Part shown: positions 60,595-64,000 of the stretch, piece after piece
How positions within the stretch are numbered: the first letter of the stretch is position 1
Layout of the letters: every line of letters starts with the position of its first letter
DNA from: Lepidodermella squamata
Taxonomy: Eukaryota > Animalia > Gastrotricha
DNA: 64,000 nt
NCBI GenBank assembly: GCA_047495785.1
Contig: JBLDXI010000013.1
Location: 1,674,001-1,738,000, forward strand
Reading direction: 5' to 3'
The notes under the pieces: model-generated
What the model was told of the DNA's origin: nothing
The model's input: the letters and a program-made list of their open reading frames with translations, nothing else
Databases searched by the model: none
Position numbers and translations under genes: made by a program

Positions 60595-62769
60595 TCACAC
60601 CAAGCTTTCACTGCGAGGCAGAGTAGGCGGCGCGACCGGTTTACCCGACGGGCCTTGTTGGATAATAACCGGTACTATAGTAGCAGTGGGCTGCTGTTTT
60701 TTGCCGTCATCTGTCGAAGATGGTAGCATAGAAACGAGGTTGGAGTTGAGAAATGCTGACGAGTTCGGGGAAATCATGCCAACGTAAACTTTATCGGCGG
60801 CCGATGGGGGTGAATTCGATGAAGCCGAGTTTGTTCCGACGAGGCTGCGCTGATCGCCATTGCTACTCGCGGCGCCGTTGCCGAGAACGGCGTTCAGCAA
60901 CGCTTGCAGGTGCTTGTTAGTCGGATCGGCCATGTTAACATTTGCAGGTCCTCGGCCAGGGTAGTTGTAAACGGCTGGCCCGCGAATGCTGCTCGTGAAT
61001 GTGTTATCCTGAAAATCAAAATGAAGTTATGAATATATGAATATATTTGAATATTCCGAGTTGACTTACCATGTGAAAAAAGCTGTGATTGTGAATAGCT
61101 GGGCCAGGGTGATATAGCGAGTCATCGCTGCTCGTGTGACTCTTGGCATTAGCCGATGTATCGATAACAGTAGCTGGACCTGACAACTCTGATCCCTTCT
61201 CAGTGCTCTCGCCACTTGCCGACCCAGCTCCGCCACTCTTGCTACGCTCGTCATGGAAACCAGCCAGCTGATGACGAATGTGAGCTTTGGTAGCAGAATG
61301 CTTGTGAACGCGAATGTACCATACTGCGATAGCCAGTAAAATGACAGCGATCACTACGGCTCCAATAGTGATGCCAATGATTGTCGCCAACTTTTCATCC
61401 ATCATGAGCTGACTCGATGAAGCAACGCTTTGACTGTACAGCGAATTGAGGCTTTTCAGCATCTCGGAGTTGGAATCCATCGCAGCGAAGCGTTCGACGG
61501 TGAAAATTTTGGAAGTTGGCGCCGTTGTTGGGGCTTCAGTCGTGGTCGTAGTCGTGGTGGTTGAAGTCGTTGTAGTCGTCGTAGTTGTGCTGGTTGTCGT
61601 GCAAATCAAGCGGGAAGCTTCAACGGTCAACAAGTAGGTTCCAGCGAACTGGCTCGGGAATGAACACTTGGGTCCGCAGATTTTGTTGTGCGAATCGACT
61701 GCCGGGCAAGATGGATCCCAGCTGACAGTAGTTCCGTTTTGCTCGCTCCACAACTTGAGAGCTTGCAGCTTGCAATCGCAAATGAACGGATTTTCGGCGA
61801 GGTACAGAGACTTGAGCGAAACGAGAGTAGAGAAAGCGCGGAAGTTGATATAAGGCAACAAGTTTGATCGCAGATCAATCAATTGGAGCGCTGGTGTTGT
61901 TGAAAATGTCGTTTCGTCCACTTCGCGAATCAAGTTTTCGGAAAAGTCGACGGATTGCAGGAAAGGCAAATAATTGGAAAACGTGGCGGTTGTCAACGAA
62001 ACAAGACCGTTCTTGGCAAGGTTGAGCTTTTCGAGGCGAACTAGATTGAGCAAGTTGCGTTGGATGAGCGTAAAACTGTTCTGAGACAAGTCCAGCTCGC
62101 GGAGGTAGCTTAGTTGCTGGAAGAAATTAACGGGCAGGTCGGTGAGTTCGTTGCGCGAAAGATCGAGAGATTCGAGTTTCGGCGTATTGCGCAACAACCC
62201 ATCAGGAAGTTGGGCCAAAAGGTTGATCGACAAGTCGAGTTTGGAAAGCTCAAACAACCCAGCGAACGCATCATCGGAAATCGATGAAATCTATAATAAA
62301 ACAAATTTAGCATAAATTTAACCAAGTACAAACACTCCCATACCTGATTAATTGCAAGAGACAAAGACCGCAATTGCGAATATCCGATAAATGGCTGGCC
62401 GTAAATTGAGCGGAAATTAGCCTTTTGGATTGACAGGTCAATGACGGTGATTTTTAATTTCTCAGGCAAATTTTCTAGGTCCTCGACGGAAATGTTGGCG
62501 CGAGCCCCGCAAGACACGGAAAAGGCACTTGAACCAGTCTGGGTTAGGCCGGCTAAATGCGACAAGCTGACTGTCTTGCAAACGCAGCCGGCAAGATATG
62601 AACAAGGCGTAGCGTTTTCGTCGGCCTGAGGTTGTACAACGACTCCACCGTTGGAGAGCCGTTGAAAATTTGATGTTAGATTAGCGAGAGTCAGCAATTG
62701 CGAGAACAGGACGCTCGTGAACATGGCGCGTAAAATTCGAGATCGATTCGATAAAATATCCAAAAACAT
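60595..62769 (-). CDS. Type I transmembrane leucine-rich-repeat protein with LRRNT/LRRCT caps, Thr-rich stalk and PDZ-binding tail; exons 62769-62344, 62290-61070, 61008-60595 (~686 aa)
   Basis: Repeated LxxLDLSxNxL units, LRRCT NPFICDC, poly-Thr mucin-like stalk, TM helix IIGITIGAVVIAVILLAIAVWYI and C-terminal ESLV. The start could be 62769 or 62724. Confidence 0.85.
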
Positions 62770-64000
62770 GGTCAACAAAAATCAGCACGAAACCAGTTTC
62801 GGCTGCAACGAATAGAATATATCGAATAAATCAACACAAAATCAACAATTATCCTATATAACAAAGAGAGAAATTTTAGTTATCATCAATAACAAAAGAA
62901 TTCTTGATGGGATTTTCGGATTTGAAAGGCCAAAACTGGTATGGAGCAGGCTGTATTTATATGAGGCAGGTTTGCGCTGTATGACTCCGGATGGTCAAAT
63001 ACCTAGCGCGACATGCTGCCGTTTGCTCGCGATCGCGGCGATCATCGAGATCTGAGGCGGCATCTCTGGTGGCAGCTTAATAAAACTGCAAGGCGCCACT
63101 CGACAAGTGTGCAGTTGAAAAGCTGGTGGGGTGCCTAATCCTGTTTGGCGACGAGCAATAGCAACCTGACGCGTGTGACTTTGTGTCACCTGATACCCTT
63201 GCGCGTGTAGACGGTGAGCAATAACAACTCTCACGAGACAGAAGCGGCGATCAGCAAGTGCCAATTGTCGGCAACACCTCCATCGCGCGCGGCGGCCTTA
63301 GAAATGCGGCGCGAGGATTTTGAGCGTGAAATCTACCTCTTTCCAGGTAGGAACGAAAACGTGAACATACACAGGCGTGTCTCACACCTTCGACGAGAGA
63401 TTCTTAAGATACTAGGGTATAAATGTGCGTAGGAGAATGTTCAATTTCTGTTTAGCTAGTGGCCTTAGAAAAACAGAACGCGACAACTCGCGGGCTCTTG
63501 AAGAAACGAGCCGAAGTTTAGATGGTTTATTTAATAATTGTTTTACTTAGCCGGTCGTTGCGCAGCGTGCGGGGTTTAGAGATGATTTTATTATTTAATG
63601 AAACGAAAGCTCCTTGTCCGCATTCTTGAATTTCTGCTATATACCTGTGTGTGCGCCCGACGCGCACTTGCACAGATCAAGAATATCGCTGCTCACGCGC
63701 GCGCGGCCTTGTAAAAACAAAGTGGCGAAAAGAACGCTGTCATCACGAGACGGTAGTAGCAATAATATCACCACGCGCTTTGGCAGCTCTAATACCCTGC
63801 TACACTATACGTACCTATACTGGTTGAAATGATTATAAATAATAACACGTATTTGAACACAAATGAGATGGATATGCCACCGCCGAAATTGTTGTTGTTA
63901 GCTTTGTTCCGAGGTATAGGATCATGCGCCTCATTTGTCGCTACAATTTTGAAACACAAATTTGAAGACGATACAATTAATACTTCTAAACTTCCGTCGG

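Overview
This is eukaryotic DNA from a gene-dense, compact-genome invertebrate with motile cilia. A spiralian such as a flatworm is plausible, but the taxon cannot be fixed from the sequence. I assembled 14 protein-coding gene models by hand (13 spliced, WDR4 intronless), and all keep frame across GT-AG introns: TMEM127, LARP4, DCAF8, WDR4, ACSF3, an SLC18B1-like MFS transporter, a secreted Reeler-PAN-EGF protein, MSH5, a CD225/dispanin protein, ATP5MG, SRPRA, JHY, CCDC103 and an LRR transmembrane protein. Most introns are 46-64 nt. Intergenic DNA holds four clear non-autonomous DNA transposons (three Tc1/mariner-type with TA duplications, one PIF/Harbinger-like with ATT), a decayed fifth copy, simple repeats and a possible decayed Qb-SNARE pseudogene. 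The best lead is WDR4-DCAF8, which looks like a eukaryotic operon: a 71-nt spacer, an AATAAA overlapping the WDR4 stop, and a splice acceptor 10 nt before the DCAF8 ATG. Acceptor-like sites also lie just upstream of most other start codons, which suggests spliced-leader trans-splicing. Other leads are intronic polyadenylation, a cassette exon and alternative first exons in a greatly expanded LARP4, a head-to-head pair of motile-cilia genes (JHY/CCDC103), and an unusual Reeler-PAN-EGF domain architecture. No rRNA, tRNA or CRISPR array was found. Family assignments come from motifs I recognise, not from database searches.
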